Source of the DNA: an uncultured Nitrososphaerota archaeon
GTDB lineage: Archaea; Thermoproteota; EX4484-205; JAAOZP01
Reading direction: 5' to 3'
NCBI GenBank assembly: GCA_964416155.1
Contig: CAYQCW010000012.1
Coordinates: forward strand, 1 to 50,820
Length of the DNA: 50,820 nt
Shown here one piece after another: positions 29,240 through 37,833 of the stretch. The position numbers and the translations under genes were made by a program. The first letter of the stretch is position 1. Each line of letters starts with the position of its first letter. The notes under the pieces are model-generated. The model did no database searches, was not told where the DNA came from, and saw only the letters and a program-made list of their open reading frames with translations.

Positions 29240-29401
29240 CTATCTTCGGAACTCCGTATAGTTGCACGCGCCGCAGTGCCACCTGGGCTTGCCCTCCTTG
29301 TGGAACGCCATAACCCTGCCGCACCTGGGGCACTTCCTATTCCTAAGCCTTACAGAGGACTTGCTGGCGTCAACCTCGTAGTACTTCACAGCGTCCTTCA
29401 T
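29240..29401 (-). CDS. rps27ae: 30S ribosomal protein S27Ae (eS31)
   Basis: Below ORF-track cutoff: [10 protein letters not shown]...[12 protein letters not shown]...[10 protein letters not shown]; follows rps24e. Confidence 0.95.
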   Translation of the reverse strand: MKDAVKYYEVDASKSSVRLRNRKCPRCGRVMAFHKEGKPRWHCGACNYTEFRR

Positions 29402-29757
29402 CTCTTACCACCAGTTGCCTTAGCCTTCATCTCCATCCTCATTTTCTTAAGCTCCTCTTTCCTGCGCTTCTTCTCCTCCGGAGGCAGGTTCGCAACCCTG
29501 ACGTGCGTCGGCTCGATCTCAGCATGCTCCGGCGAAAAGTAGACGTGCGCCTCGCCGATTGATGATTGTCTGCCTGAAACGCCTTTAAGACTCCTAATGT
29601 AGACTGCTTCGACGGGGGTTTTTTTCAAGGCTGAAACAGCCTCCCTGGCTTCAGCCATGGTGGGCGTCTTACCCCCGGGGTGAGGAATCTCGAACACTAT
29701 TTCCACCCTCTTTAAAAGAGGGTTCTCAACCTCTTTAAGTATCCTGATCTCCGTCAT
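29398..29757 (-). CDS. rps24e: 30S ribosomal protein S24e
   Basis: [22 protein letters not shown]. Confidence 0.93.
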   Translation of the reverse strand: MTEIRILKEVENPLLKRVEIVFEIPHPGGKTPTMAEAREAVSALKKTPVEAVYIRSLKGVSGRQSSIGEAHVYFSPEHAEIEPTHVRVANLPPEEKKRRKEELKKMRMEMKAKATGGKR

Positions 29758-29896
29758 ATGACTGTGCTTCCCCCGGTGGTCAGGCTTTAAACATTACTGT
29801 AAGCAGCATGAAGCAGTTTTAAGAGGTAAAATCTATGGACGCGGTGTATTTAAGGCAACTGCTTTAAGAACCAGGCTGCGACACGGTCTGGCAAGG

Positions 29897-30394
29897 CTAG
29901 CCGCATGCTTTCATCGTCCCAACGATTTCCAAGACCCTTTTTTTAGAAGACTCGTTAACCTCTATAACCACCACGCCCTCTCCCGGCTGCCCGTACACTA
30001 CTATGGAGCCGTAAGGCGCTGTTTCGACAGCTACGAGCGTGAGAAGATCCTCCTCGCCTTCAACAAGTATTGTCGACGGCTGTGAGTCAATAGCCTGTTT
30101 GAAGACGCTCCAAGAATCCTCGGATATTGTTCCCGGAGGGTTCACCAGCCTTAAGACTATCCTCCCCTTTTGAAAGCGTTCAACACTATGGGTGCATGTC
30201 CGCAGGGTTTTCCCGTCAACCACGCAGACACCCGGTTTGAAACCCATGTCTAAGATGCTTTGCGAAACAACGTCGCCAACAGAGATTATAATCCCGCTGA
30301 ACCCTTTCAGCATCTTCCTCAGCCCATCCGTATCGAGCAGAGCCCCCAGCGGCCTCCTAACGATCCTCCTGGTTTCCTCCGAAGCTTCTAACAC
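29897..30394 (-). CDS. GTP-dependent dephospho-CoA kinase (DUF359)
   Basis: VGDVV, VDGKT, NPPGTI, GEEDLL, YGQPGEG. Confidence 0.9.
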   Translation of the reverse strand: MLEASEETRRIVRRPLGALLDTDGLRKMLKGFSGIIISVGDVVSQSILDMGFKPGVCVVDGKTLRTCTHSVERFQKGRIVLRLVNPPGTISEDSWSVFKQAIDSQPSTILVEGEEDLLTLVAVETAPYGSIVVYGQPGEGVVVIEVNESSKKRVLEIVGTMKACG

Positions 30395-30396
30395 AC

Positions 30397-30582
30397 TTAT
30401 CTCAGCCTCACGGCGTATCTTCCCTGAACCCTTGCCCCAATGAGTTTAGCTATTGAAGAGGCCTCAGGGTTGAAAACCATGACTTCGCCGCTCCACTCCT
30501 GCGTGAACTCCTCGCCGCCGCAGTTTGGACACTTCGGTGAATCGCTTATCATTTTGCAGTTTAAGCATGCTTTGAGACGCAT
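30397..30582 (-). CDS. spt4: Transcription elongation factor Spt4 (RpoE'')
   Basis: KACxxC, CPxCG, WSG, GRYA. Confidence 0.95.
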   Translation of the reverse strand: MRLKACLNCKMISDSPKCPNCGGEEFTQEWSGEVMVFNPEASSIAKLIGARVQGRYAVRLR

Positions 30583-31163
30583 TAAGCCTTAGCCTCCTGC
30601 TTAGGCTTCGCCCCAGCCAGCTTCCTAATGTCCTCCTCAATCCACTCGCTCTTCCCTAGAAAGGGCTGTCTGGCGGTTAAACCAATCTTGTCAGTCATGG
30701 CTCCCCTGCCTATCGATACTGCGGCCACCCTAGCCCTAACCCAGTCGTTCTTCTGAATCATCCTCTTAGTCTGTCTGCCAACCAAGATCCCCTGGGAACT
30801 GTTGTAATCCATGTAGTCGTCGGTTATCTGGCTCACATGCATCAAGGCGTCGGTCGTAACCAGCCTCACGAAGACCCCGAACTCCTCCACTTCAACAACC
30901 CTTCCCTCAACAACCTCGTTAACCTCTGGATAGTACGAGAGCACTTTCACCCTAACCTTATGGTAACTGTGACCGTCTCCAGGAGATATCTGGCCAACCG
31001 GGTTAAACTCGTAGTCCACCAGGAGAATTACGTAGCCAATTCCCTCTATAACCATACCCTCATACCTGTCTTTAAGAACATTTTTGAAAATCTCGGTCAC
31101 AGGATCCCCGAGCCTGGAGGGGGGGATCTTAACCACGTCTTCAAGCTCGATTATCTTGAATAA
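30582..31163 (-). CDS. rpo7: RNA polymerase subunit Rpo7 (RpoE')
   Basis: (L)FKIIELEDVVKIPP, S1 domain HVSQI, RQPFLGK; homology extends 9 codons upstream of the first GTG (31136) to a TTA. Confidence 0.95.
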   Translation of the reverse strand, partial: LFKIIELEDVVKIPPSRLGDPVTEIFKNVLKDRYEGMVIEGIGYVILLVDYEFNPVGQISPGDGHSYHKVRVKVLSYYPEVNEVVEGRVVEVEEFGVFVRLVTTDALMHVSQITDDYMDYNSSQGILVGRQTKRMIQKNDWVRARVAAVSIGRGAMTDKIGLTARQPFLGKSEWIEEDIRKLAGAKPKQEAKA

Positions 31164-31166
31164 CTC

Positions 31167-31556
31167 TCACCACCCCTTTTCGAACCATCCTTTCCCAACT
31201 ATCCTCCTCCCCTGGGAAGGATAGAAAACGGGTATACCCAAGGTCCTAAGCCTCCTGCTTAACGTTCTGTCGCCTGTTGCTACAGCCGCTTTATAAGTTT
31301 TTGCAAGATAGACGAGCGCATCGTCGCAGCTCATCCCGGTTGGGAGCAGGGTTCTGAAACCGCCTGCAAGAGAAAGGGCTAGCTTAGCCATGCCGGAAAG
31401 CTTAGGCCCAGCGGTGCTCAGCCTCCTAAGCTCCACAAGAGTTTCGAAGGGCACTAGAAACAGCACCCTGCCGTGAGTCAAACCCGTTATCCCGTTTACG
31501 AAATCAACCCCGGTTTCGAAGGGGGCTAGAAGGGCACTGGAGTCTAGGAGCACCAT
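31167..31556 (-). CDS. PIN-domain protein (Fcf1/Utp24-like)
   Basis: VLLDSS, EL, DD, VATGD; conserved position after eif2g. Confidence 0.85.
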   Translation of the reverse strand: MVLLDSSALLAPFETGVDFVNGITGLTHGRVLFLVPFETLVELRRLSTAGPKLSGMAKLALSLAGGFRTLLPTGMSCDDALVYLAKTYKAAVATGDRTLSRRLRTLGIPVFYPSQGRRIVGKGWFEKGW

Positions 31557-32848
31557 CAACCAACAAGCACACCGTGGCCAATGAGCCTCCAACGCCTCTC
31601 CACAAGCCTGCTTACAGCAACCCTCTGACCCTTCTCGGCGCAAACAGGCATTTTAAGGCTTAGGGTGATCCTGTTATCCTTCACATCCTTCACGACGGCC
31701 TGCGTTAAAGCTGAACCAATGTTAATGTTTAAAACTTCCCCAACCCGGATGGGCTCCGTCTTCACAAGGCCCCTGACACCGACCACCCTTTCAAACATGC
31801 TGTACTCCAGCGTAATGCTTCGAGTAACGGGCGGTAGCGTTCCAAGCTTGCCGGCAAGGCTTCCAACCAGCAGGTCGTTCTTAGTGAGAGAAGGGTCGAG
31901 AGTTGTTCCAATCCCGACGAGACCCCCGCTTCTAACGCTTTCTACAAAAACGTTGTCGAAGCCGACTGAAACCACTTCGGCAACGAGCGGTATGGTTTCA
32001 ATAGCATCGTCCTTCTTAACCCTGAGGCCTGGCAGTATTTCAATCTCGTCGCCAACTCTTATCTCCCCCCTGATGATCGAGCCGCCCAGTATTCCGCCAC
32101 GCATATCCTTGACTGGAGTGCCAGGCCTGTTAACGTCGAAAGACCTTATGATGATCATCCTGGCTGGAGAGCCTAGGTCGAAAACCGGTGTCGGAACCTC
32201 CTTCTGAATAACATAAAGCAACACGTCCACGTTAACCTTGTGCTGCGCGGACACGGGTATTATGGTGGCGTCGGCAAACCTTGTTTCAGAAAGGAAAGTC
32301 TTAATCTCCTCCAGGTTTTTCAAGGCCCTCTCCCTGGAAACTATGTCGATCTTATTCTGGATGACGATCAGCCTCTTAATCCCCATTATCTCAGCGGCCA
32401 AGAGATGCTCATACGTCTGTGGCTGCGGGCAGACCTCATCCGCACCGATAACCAGTATTGCAGCATCCATTACGGCTGCGCCGCTCAGCATGGTCGTCAT
32501 AAGTATCTCGTGGCCAGGCGAGTCCACGATGCTTATCTTCCTCTGGAAGACAGCCTCTGAACCGCATGAGCATCTTGGAGACGTTGTGAAGTTGTAGGGA
32601 GGCGGGCATCTTGTACATTTAAAAATAGTGAAGTTCGCGTATCCGAGCTTTATTGTAATACCCCTCTTCAACTCGTCGCTATGTTTACTGGTCCAAACCC
32701 CTGTAATGGCTTGGACGAGGGTAGTCTTCCCATGGTCGACATGACCAAGGGTTCCTAAATTTAGACATGGTTGAATACGTTTATAACTATCTATTTCTTT
32801 ACTGGAACCGTGAACGATCGTCCTCGCGGACCCGTCTGGCTGCAGCAT
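31556..32848 (-). CDS. eif2g: Translation initiation factor aIF2 gamma
   Basis: GHVDHGKT, RGITIKLGY, DSPGHE, QPQT, NKID, RSFDVNRPG, WRLIG. Confidence 0.97.
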   Translation of the reverse strand: MLQPDGSARTIVHGSSKEIDSYKRIQPCLNLGTLGHVDHGKTTLVQAITGVWTSKHSDELKRGITIKLGYANFTIFKCTRCPPPYNFTTSPRCSCGSEAVFQRKISIVDSPGHEILMTTMLSGAAVMDAAILVIGADEVCPQPQTYEHLLAAEIMGIKRLIVIQNKIDIVSRERALKNLEEIKTFLSETRFADATIIPVSAQHKVNVDVLLYVIQKEVPTPVFDLGSPARMIIIRSFDVNRPGTPVKDMRGGILGGSIIRGEIRVGDEIEILPGLRVKKDDAIETIPLVAEVVSVGFDNVFVESVRSGGLVGIGTTLDPSLTKNDLLVGSLAGKLGTLPPVTRSITLEYSMFERVVGVRGLVKTEPIRVGEVLNINIGSALTQAVVKDVKDNRITLSLKMPVCAEKGQRVAVSRLVERRWRLIGHGVLVG

Positions 32849-32933
32849 ATTCTTGACGCCGTAGATCGGGCAAGCCTATTTATAATCTTTAAAGACGATG
32901 CCATGAAGCTCGACGCGCTACAACCCTTGGTTT

Positions 32934-33278
32934 TCACGCGTCCCCAGTTATTATCTTCATGTTAATCTGGTAAATGTCTTCGGAAACCTGGTTTCCCCTA
33001 ACCAGCATTTTCCTCCTTGTTTCGCCGACGACGCTCTTCTTCTTAACCCAGATCTCCTTCTTAACACCGCCCTGCACGGAGGAAACCATCGGTATGCCGG
33101 ACCTATCCGAACCCCCGGTTATCATCAGCTTAACCCCAGGCTTACCGGCGAGAGAACCATCTACAATACTCCCTATCTTTAAGCCGAGCAGAGGGATAGC
33201 GTTGCTTCCCCCCAGCTTAACAGACTCGGTTTTACCGCTCTTGGGGTCGGAGACGCATAGCTTGAATTCAGGCGGCAT
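32934..33278 (-). CDS. rps6e: 30S ribosomal protein S6e
   Basis: FKLCVSDP, ITGGSDRSG, VRGN. Confidence 0.95.
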   Translation of the reverse strand: MPPEFKLCVSDPKSGKTESVKLGGSNAIPLLGLKIGSIVDGSLAGKPGVKLMITGGSDRSGIPMVSSVQGGVKKEIWVKKKSVVGETRRKMLVRGNQVSEDIYQINMKIITGDA

Positions 33279-33383
33279 GCAGCAGTATGGCTGTTAAACC
33301 AGTATTAAAACATTACCTAAGGCGGGGAGGCTCTTCAAAGCTTAAAAACACGTGTAAGCATAAACTTGTCCAGGGTTTCTACG

Positions 33384-35153
33384 CTATAAACTGTAGAACG
33401 GGTTCTCCTTCTTCTTAAGCCTAGCAACTTCCTCTAAAGCTTGAAGATAATGGGGCTCCAACTGATCCTTGAAAACCCTGTTTATAAGGGAAGCATCCTT
33501 ACTCGGCACGTCGACGAGGAGAACATCGTCCTCCCTCAGGTTCCTGCCAACTATTCCCTCTGGAATAGAGATTGCAACCTCCTCCCCAGCCTCAGCCTTG
33601 GGAACACTCTTACCCTCTTTCTGAATCTGCTCAACCACCCCTATTTTCTCACCTTCAGTGTTGATCAAAGGGTAACCCGGCTTTATGCCGCCTGCCTCAA
33701 CCTTAACACCTACTATAGCAGGCTTGCTTCTTCTAAACACGTACGCCGGCAGGATTCTAATCCTGCCCGGGAGTATAAGCTGCTCGAGCTGCATGCTTGC
33801 CTCCCTCTGCTTCTCCCGCCTACGCCACTCTGAAAACTCTTCGATCAGCCTGTAGATGATCCTGCCCTGGAAAACCGGGATGCTCCTCCTCTTAGCCTCC
33901 TCAACCGCTTCAGGCATCAGTCTAACGTTGAATGCTAGCAGAACCCTGAGCGTCGGGTCCTTAGAAGAAATGGATGCTTCAATAACGTCCCTCTCTGAAA
34001 CAGGCCCCAGGTCTCCAAGCCTGACTGGAATACTTCTTTTCTCAAGCTCCCCCACTATGGCTTCGAGAGAGCCCAGCGTATCCGCCTTGACAACAACACC
34101 CTCCTCGCCGCTTTTAATCCTTATAGACTCCACTTCAGACTTGATTTTTTCAACAGCCTCCTCAGCGTTCCCGGAGGAGACTGTAAGCGGGGAGCCTGGG
34201 AGAGCATCCTCTAGGTTTGGCGCAACAATCTTAACTCCTGCGGAGGGCCTGACCTCGTCAACCTGGTTAAACCTGTCCCTAGGATCCCTCATCTCGTCCA
34301 GAGGCTTAGGCATGAGCAGGGCCCTCACCCTGGTGACAATCGGCTTGTTCACCCCCATCAACACGATGGTGTCGTTACTCCTAAGCACACCGTCGAAGAT
34401 GACAGCGTTAACAGTAGTACCCATCCCTGTCTCCTCAACAACCTCAAGCACAACACCCCTAGCAGGACCCTCAGCGTACTCGAGACCGCTTATCAGAAAC
34501 TGTTGGACAAGCCCTATTAAGACAGCTATAAGCTCTGAGACTCCCTCCCCTGTTAACGCGCTGACGGGCACTATGGCGACATTCCTCCTGAAGTCCGTCA
34601 GCCTGTCGAACCTGTCCGACCTGAAACCCATTGTTGAAAGATCCCCGATTATCCTGTAGAGATGCTCGTCTAGGCTACGCTTAACCCTGTCGTCCTGCTT
34701 GGAGAGTGATTGAAGCACGCTTAAAACCCCTTGAGGCCTCCATCCTGGAAGAAGGTCAACCTTATTGGCCGCGATTAAAAACGGGGTCCTCCTAGCCCTA
34801 AGGATATCTAGGGACTCTACAGTCTGAGGCTCAACCCCCTTAACCAGGTCTATTACAAGGATGGCGAAGTCGGCGATGGAGCCTCCTCTCCTCCTAAGGT
34901 TTACGAAAGCCTCGTGCCCAGGAGTGTCGATGAAAAGTATGCCTGGAACCCTGAGCTTCTCCTCCAGCCTTATGTTAAGCGTTTTCGCAACCCTAACTAT
35001 TACTTCAGCAGGGATGAGACTTGCCCCAACGTGCTGTGTTATGCCTCCTGCTTCCCTCACGGCAACGAATGTGCCCCGTATCTTATCTAGGAGGGACGTC
35101 TTGCCGCTGTCGACGTGGCCCAAAACCACGACTATGGGTTCCCTGATGCTCAT
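33384..35153 (-). CDS. infB: Translation initiation factor aIF5B (IF-2)
   Basis: GHVDSGKT, EAGGITQ, DTPGHE, KADTLGSLEA. Confidence 0.97.
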   Translation of the reverse strand: MSIREPIVVVLGHVDSGKTSLLDKIRGTFVAVREAGGITQHVGASLIPAEVIVRVAKTLNIRLEEKLRVPGILFIDTPGHEAFVNLRRRGGSIADFAILVIDLVKGVEPQTVESLDILRARRTPFLIAANKVDLLPGWRPQGVLSVLQSLSKQDDRVKRSLDEHLYRIIGDLSTMGFRSDRFDRLTDFRRNVAIVPVSALTGEGVSELIAVLIGLVQQFLISGLEYAEGPARGVVLEVVEETGMGTTVNAVIFDGVLRSNDTIVLMGVNKPIVTRVRALLMPKPLDEMRDPRDRFNQVDEVRPSAGVKIVAPNLEDALPGSPLTVSSGNAEEAVEKIKSEVESIRIKSGEEGVVVKADTLGSLEAIVGELEKRSIPVRLGDLGPVSERDVIEASISSKDPTLRVLLAFNVRLMPEAVEEAKRRSIPVFQGRIIYRLIEEFSEWRRREKQREASMQLEQLILPGRIRILPAYVFRRSKPAIVGVKVEAGGIKPGYPLINTEGEKIGVVEQIQKEGKSVPKAEAGEEVAISIPEGIVGRNLREDDVLLVDVPSKDASLINRVFKDQLEPHYLQALEEVARLKKKENPFYSL

Positions 35154-35245
35154 TCACTGAATCCCCCTTTCGCTCCCGCTGATAAGCGTTTCTACAAAGC
35201 GTGCGAGAATAAACCCATTTTGAGGGCTTATACCCCTAAACGATG

Positions 35246-35866
35246 CTACCCGGGATTTGAAAACAATTTCTCTATGAGAGGAACCAGGTTTGCTAAATCC
35301 TTTCCTTCCACGACGAAATCGGCCATCTTCTTAACTATTGGCTGAGCGTTGAAAGCAATCTTAACATTGGCGACTTTAAACAAGCCTAAATCGTTTGCGC
35401 CGTCGACTATTGCTATTGTATCTTCACCTCTTTCAAAATTTTTGATAAAGGCTCCTGCCTTATCGTTCACTTTAAGCTTTATTCCAGCCAGCTTGCCATC
35501 CTTAAAGACCAGCTCATTCGAAATAACGTAATCCAAGTCCAATTCTTTCTTAATTCTCTCTGCAAGGATCGAGAAGCCCCCCGTGACCATCACGATTTTA
35601 AAGCCCAGCTCCTTCAGCCTTTTGCAGAATTCCTTAGCGTTTTTCATCAAGGGCATTTCATTCGCAACTTTCAAAGCATCTTCATATCCTATTCCTTTCA
35701 GAAGCTCGATCCTCTTCCTCAAACCCTCCTCCCAGTTTATCTCCCCTCTTATTCCCCTTAGGGTTATTTCTTCTACTTCCTCCTCTTTATTAACGATTTT
35801 TGAAAGCCTCGGTAGATATTCACCATCTACGAGCACGCCTTCCATATCGATTAATGCTAGTCTCAT
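35246..35866 (-). CDS. serB: Phosphoserine phosphatase (HAD)
   Basis: DMEGVL, TGGF, DGAND, IAFNA. Confidence 0.88.
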   Translation of the reverse strand: MRLALIDMEGVLVDGEYLPRLSKIVNKEEEVEEITLRGIRGEINWEEGLRKRIELLKGIGYEDALKVANEMPLMKNAKEFCKRLKELGFKIVMVTGGFSILAERIKKELDLDYVISNELVFKDGKLAGIKLKVNDKAGAFIKNFERGEDTIAIVDGANDLGLFKVANVKIAFNAQPIVKKMADFVVEGKDLANLVPLIEKLFSNPG

Positions 35867-36278
35867 AAGCTCCTGAAGGTTCTCTTCCTCAGTTTTTTAA
35901 AGTTATCTCTGAAGCATCATATGTGATGTCGAATTCGAAAGTTCGATTCGTCAAGGGTGTCCTTTGCTTAAAGATTTAGCGCACGCGCCACTTAGCAGTT
36001 TATTGATGAGGGTTTCATTAATCGCCCACACGCCCGAACCAGAGTTCGTAGTTGCGCGCTAGAGCTAAAACTCATTTTTGTCTCCAAGGGAAGTTGAGGA
36101 GAAGTGTCGAGAGCTGATTATGAGCGTTGGGCTTGGAAAATTTTGTTACCAACAGGTGGAGGGATGGCGCTCAGAACCCTCTTCAAAACATAGATATAAT
36201 GGTTAAAGCATGTAAAAAGGCATGCAGATATGCTTCTAAGGAGGCAAAATAACCTTAACAGAGAGTTTAACTCTAAGT

Positions 36279-36968
36279 CTACTCACAATGTGCCTCAAAC
36301 CTTGGAGGACTAGTATGATTCTTGAGAACTTCAAGAATTCTATCAACAACAGCATCGGGAGACATATCTTCACCCGTCTCGCTAGGCTCATAGAAGAAAT
36401 CAATTATCGCCACTCCAGCCCTACGGTAATGCTCAAGCAGCGGGGCGGATTCGCTCTCATATATCCTTATCCTCTTCCTTACGACCTCAGGCTTATCGTC
36501 ATCCCTCTGGTACAGCTCGCCTCCACACTTGTCGCAAACGCCTTCAACCTTCGGCGGCAGCGTGATCCTGTTGTATATCGCGCCGCATTTCCTGCAGACA
36601 AGCCTTGAAGACAAGCGTCTAACTATAACCTCATCCGGAACATTCAGGTTTATCACGAAGTCTATTTTCGAAAAACTTTCCAAGAAAAAAGCCTGTTGCA
36701 GCGTCCTCGGGTAGCCGTCAAGTATGAAGCCTCTCCTACAGTCCTCTTGCGAAAGCTTTTTCTCCATAACCCTGTTCACAACCTCGTCTGGAACCAGTTT
36801 CCCGCTTGAAACATAGCTCGAAATGCTTCTCCCCAGCTCGGACCCGCTCTTCACCTCATCCCTCAAAATGTCCCCGGTTGAAACATGCGGCACGCCGAGC
36901 CTCGGCGCAAGCCTTGAAGCATACGTGCCCTTGCCTGAGCCAGGCGGGCCGAAGATCACAAGCCTCAT
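36279..36968 (-). CDS. adk: Adenylate kinase, bacterial-type with Zn-LID
   Basis: GPPGSGKGT, STGD, LVPD, DGYPR, CxxC...CxxC, QRDDD. Confidence 0.95.
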   Translation of the reverse strand: MRLVIFGPPGSGKGTYASRLAPRLGVPHVSTGDILRDEVKSGSELGRSISSYVSSGKLVPDEVVNRVMEKKLSQEDCRRGFILDGYPRTLQQAFFLESFSKIDFVINLNVPDEVIVRRLSSRLVCRKCGAIYNRITLPPKVEGVCDKCGGELYQRDDDKPEVVRKRIRIYESESAPLLEHYRRAGVAIIDFFYEPSETGEDMSPDAVVDRILEVLKNHTSPPRFEAHCE

Positions 36969-37162
36969 TGAGACGAGCCTCCGTGCCGCGTTATCCCAGC
37001 CGCCCACTTAACCTTCCTAGGATTCCTCCCCAGCTTCACAGAGTTTCTGAGACACTTGGAGCTGCAGAACCTAAGGATGCTCCCGTCTCTCTTAACGTAA
37101 AGCATGCCCTCCCCGATGAGGAACGTCCTGCTGCAGAAGCTGCACTTGAAAGCCGTGGGCGT
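36965..37162 (-). CDS. rpl24e: 50S ribosomal protein L24e (apparent ACG start)
   Basis: Missed by ORF track: (M)PTAFKCSFCSRTFLIGEGMLYVKRDGSILRFCSSKC...RNPRKVKWA; follows rps28e. Confidence 0.93.
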   Translation of the reverse strand, partial: TPTAFKCSFCSRTFLIGEGMLYVKRDGSILRFCSSKCLRNSVKLGRNPRKVKWAAGITRHGGSSQ

Positions 37163-37168
37163 GGCTCA

Positions 37169-37375
37169 TCACCCCGAGAATCTCCTAGCCTCCCTCTCCG
37201 TCTCCCTAAGCATAAGAACGTCGCCAACCCTAACTGGGCCTCGCACATTCCTAAGAATAACCCTGCCTCTGTCTCTGCCTGCAAGAATTCTGACCCTAAC
37301 CTGAGTAACCTCGCCTGACGCGCCTGACCTCGCAACCAGCTCGACAACCTCTGCCGGAGTAGCTTCCTCGCTCAA
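37169..37375 (-). CDS. rps28e: 30S ribosomal protein S28e
   Basis: [22 protein letters not shown]. Confidence 0.97.
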   Translation of the reverse strand: MSEEATPAEVVELVARSGASGEVTQVRVRILAGRDRGRVILRNVRGPVRVGDVLMLRETEREARRFSG

Positions 37376-37764
37376 CCGCTTCCCCCAGCCTTCGCCCTTG
37401 CAGACTCTATCTTCTTAACCACGTTTTGAAGCATCGGAGCAGCCTCACCCGCGTCTATTATCGCCACGGCTGCGGCTGAAACATTAGAGAGGCCAGCGGC
37501 CTCGCCGAGCTGCTTCTTATCCGGGACAACTATGTACGGGATTTTTCTATCTCTGCTCAGCAGAGGTATGTGGAGGACAACCTCGACGGGGTCAGTGTTG
37601 TCAGCCACGTACGCGATCTTAGCGACTCCTCTTTCAAGGGCCTTCGTGGTTTCATTGGTGCCTCTTTTAACCTTTCCAGTTTTAGAGGCGATCCTAAGCA
37701 GTTCTAAGGCTTCCTCAACAAGCTCCTTACTCGGCACATAGTCCGCCGTCGTAACCCTAACCAT
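37372..37764 (-). CDS. rpl7ae: 50S ribosomal protein L7Ae
   Basis: [24 protein letters not shown]. Confidence 0.97.
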   Translation of the reverse strand: MVRVTTADYVPSKELVEEALELLRIASKTGKVKRGTNETTKALERGVAKIAYVADNTDPVEVVLHIPLLSRDRKIPYIVVPDKKQLGEAAGLSNVSAAAVAIIDAGEAAPMLQNVVKKIESARAKAGGSG

Positions 37765-37833
37765 TTCCGTTAAGCACCTCTACCCTTCCACAGACGGTGA
37801 CAGAGGGGTATAAAAACTTAAACTTGAACCTCT

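Noticed and set aside
35977-35986. 10-nt match to spacer A as a self-target
   Set aside because: Expected by chance at this length and explained by the shared palindromic motif.
36070-36206. Possible ABC ATPase fragment (EVEEKCRELIMSVGL)
   Set aside because: Too short and lacks diagnostic motifs.
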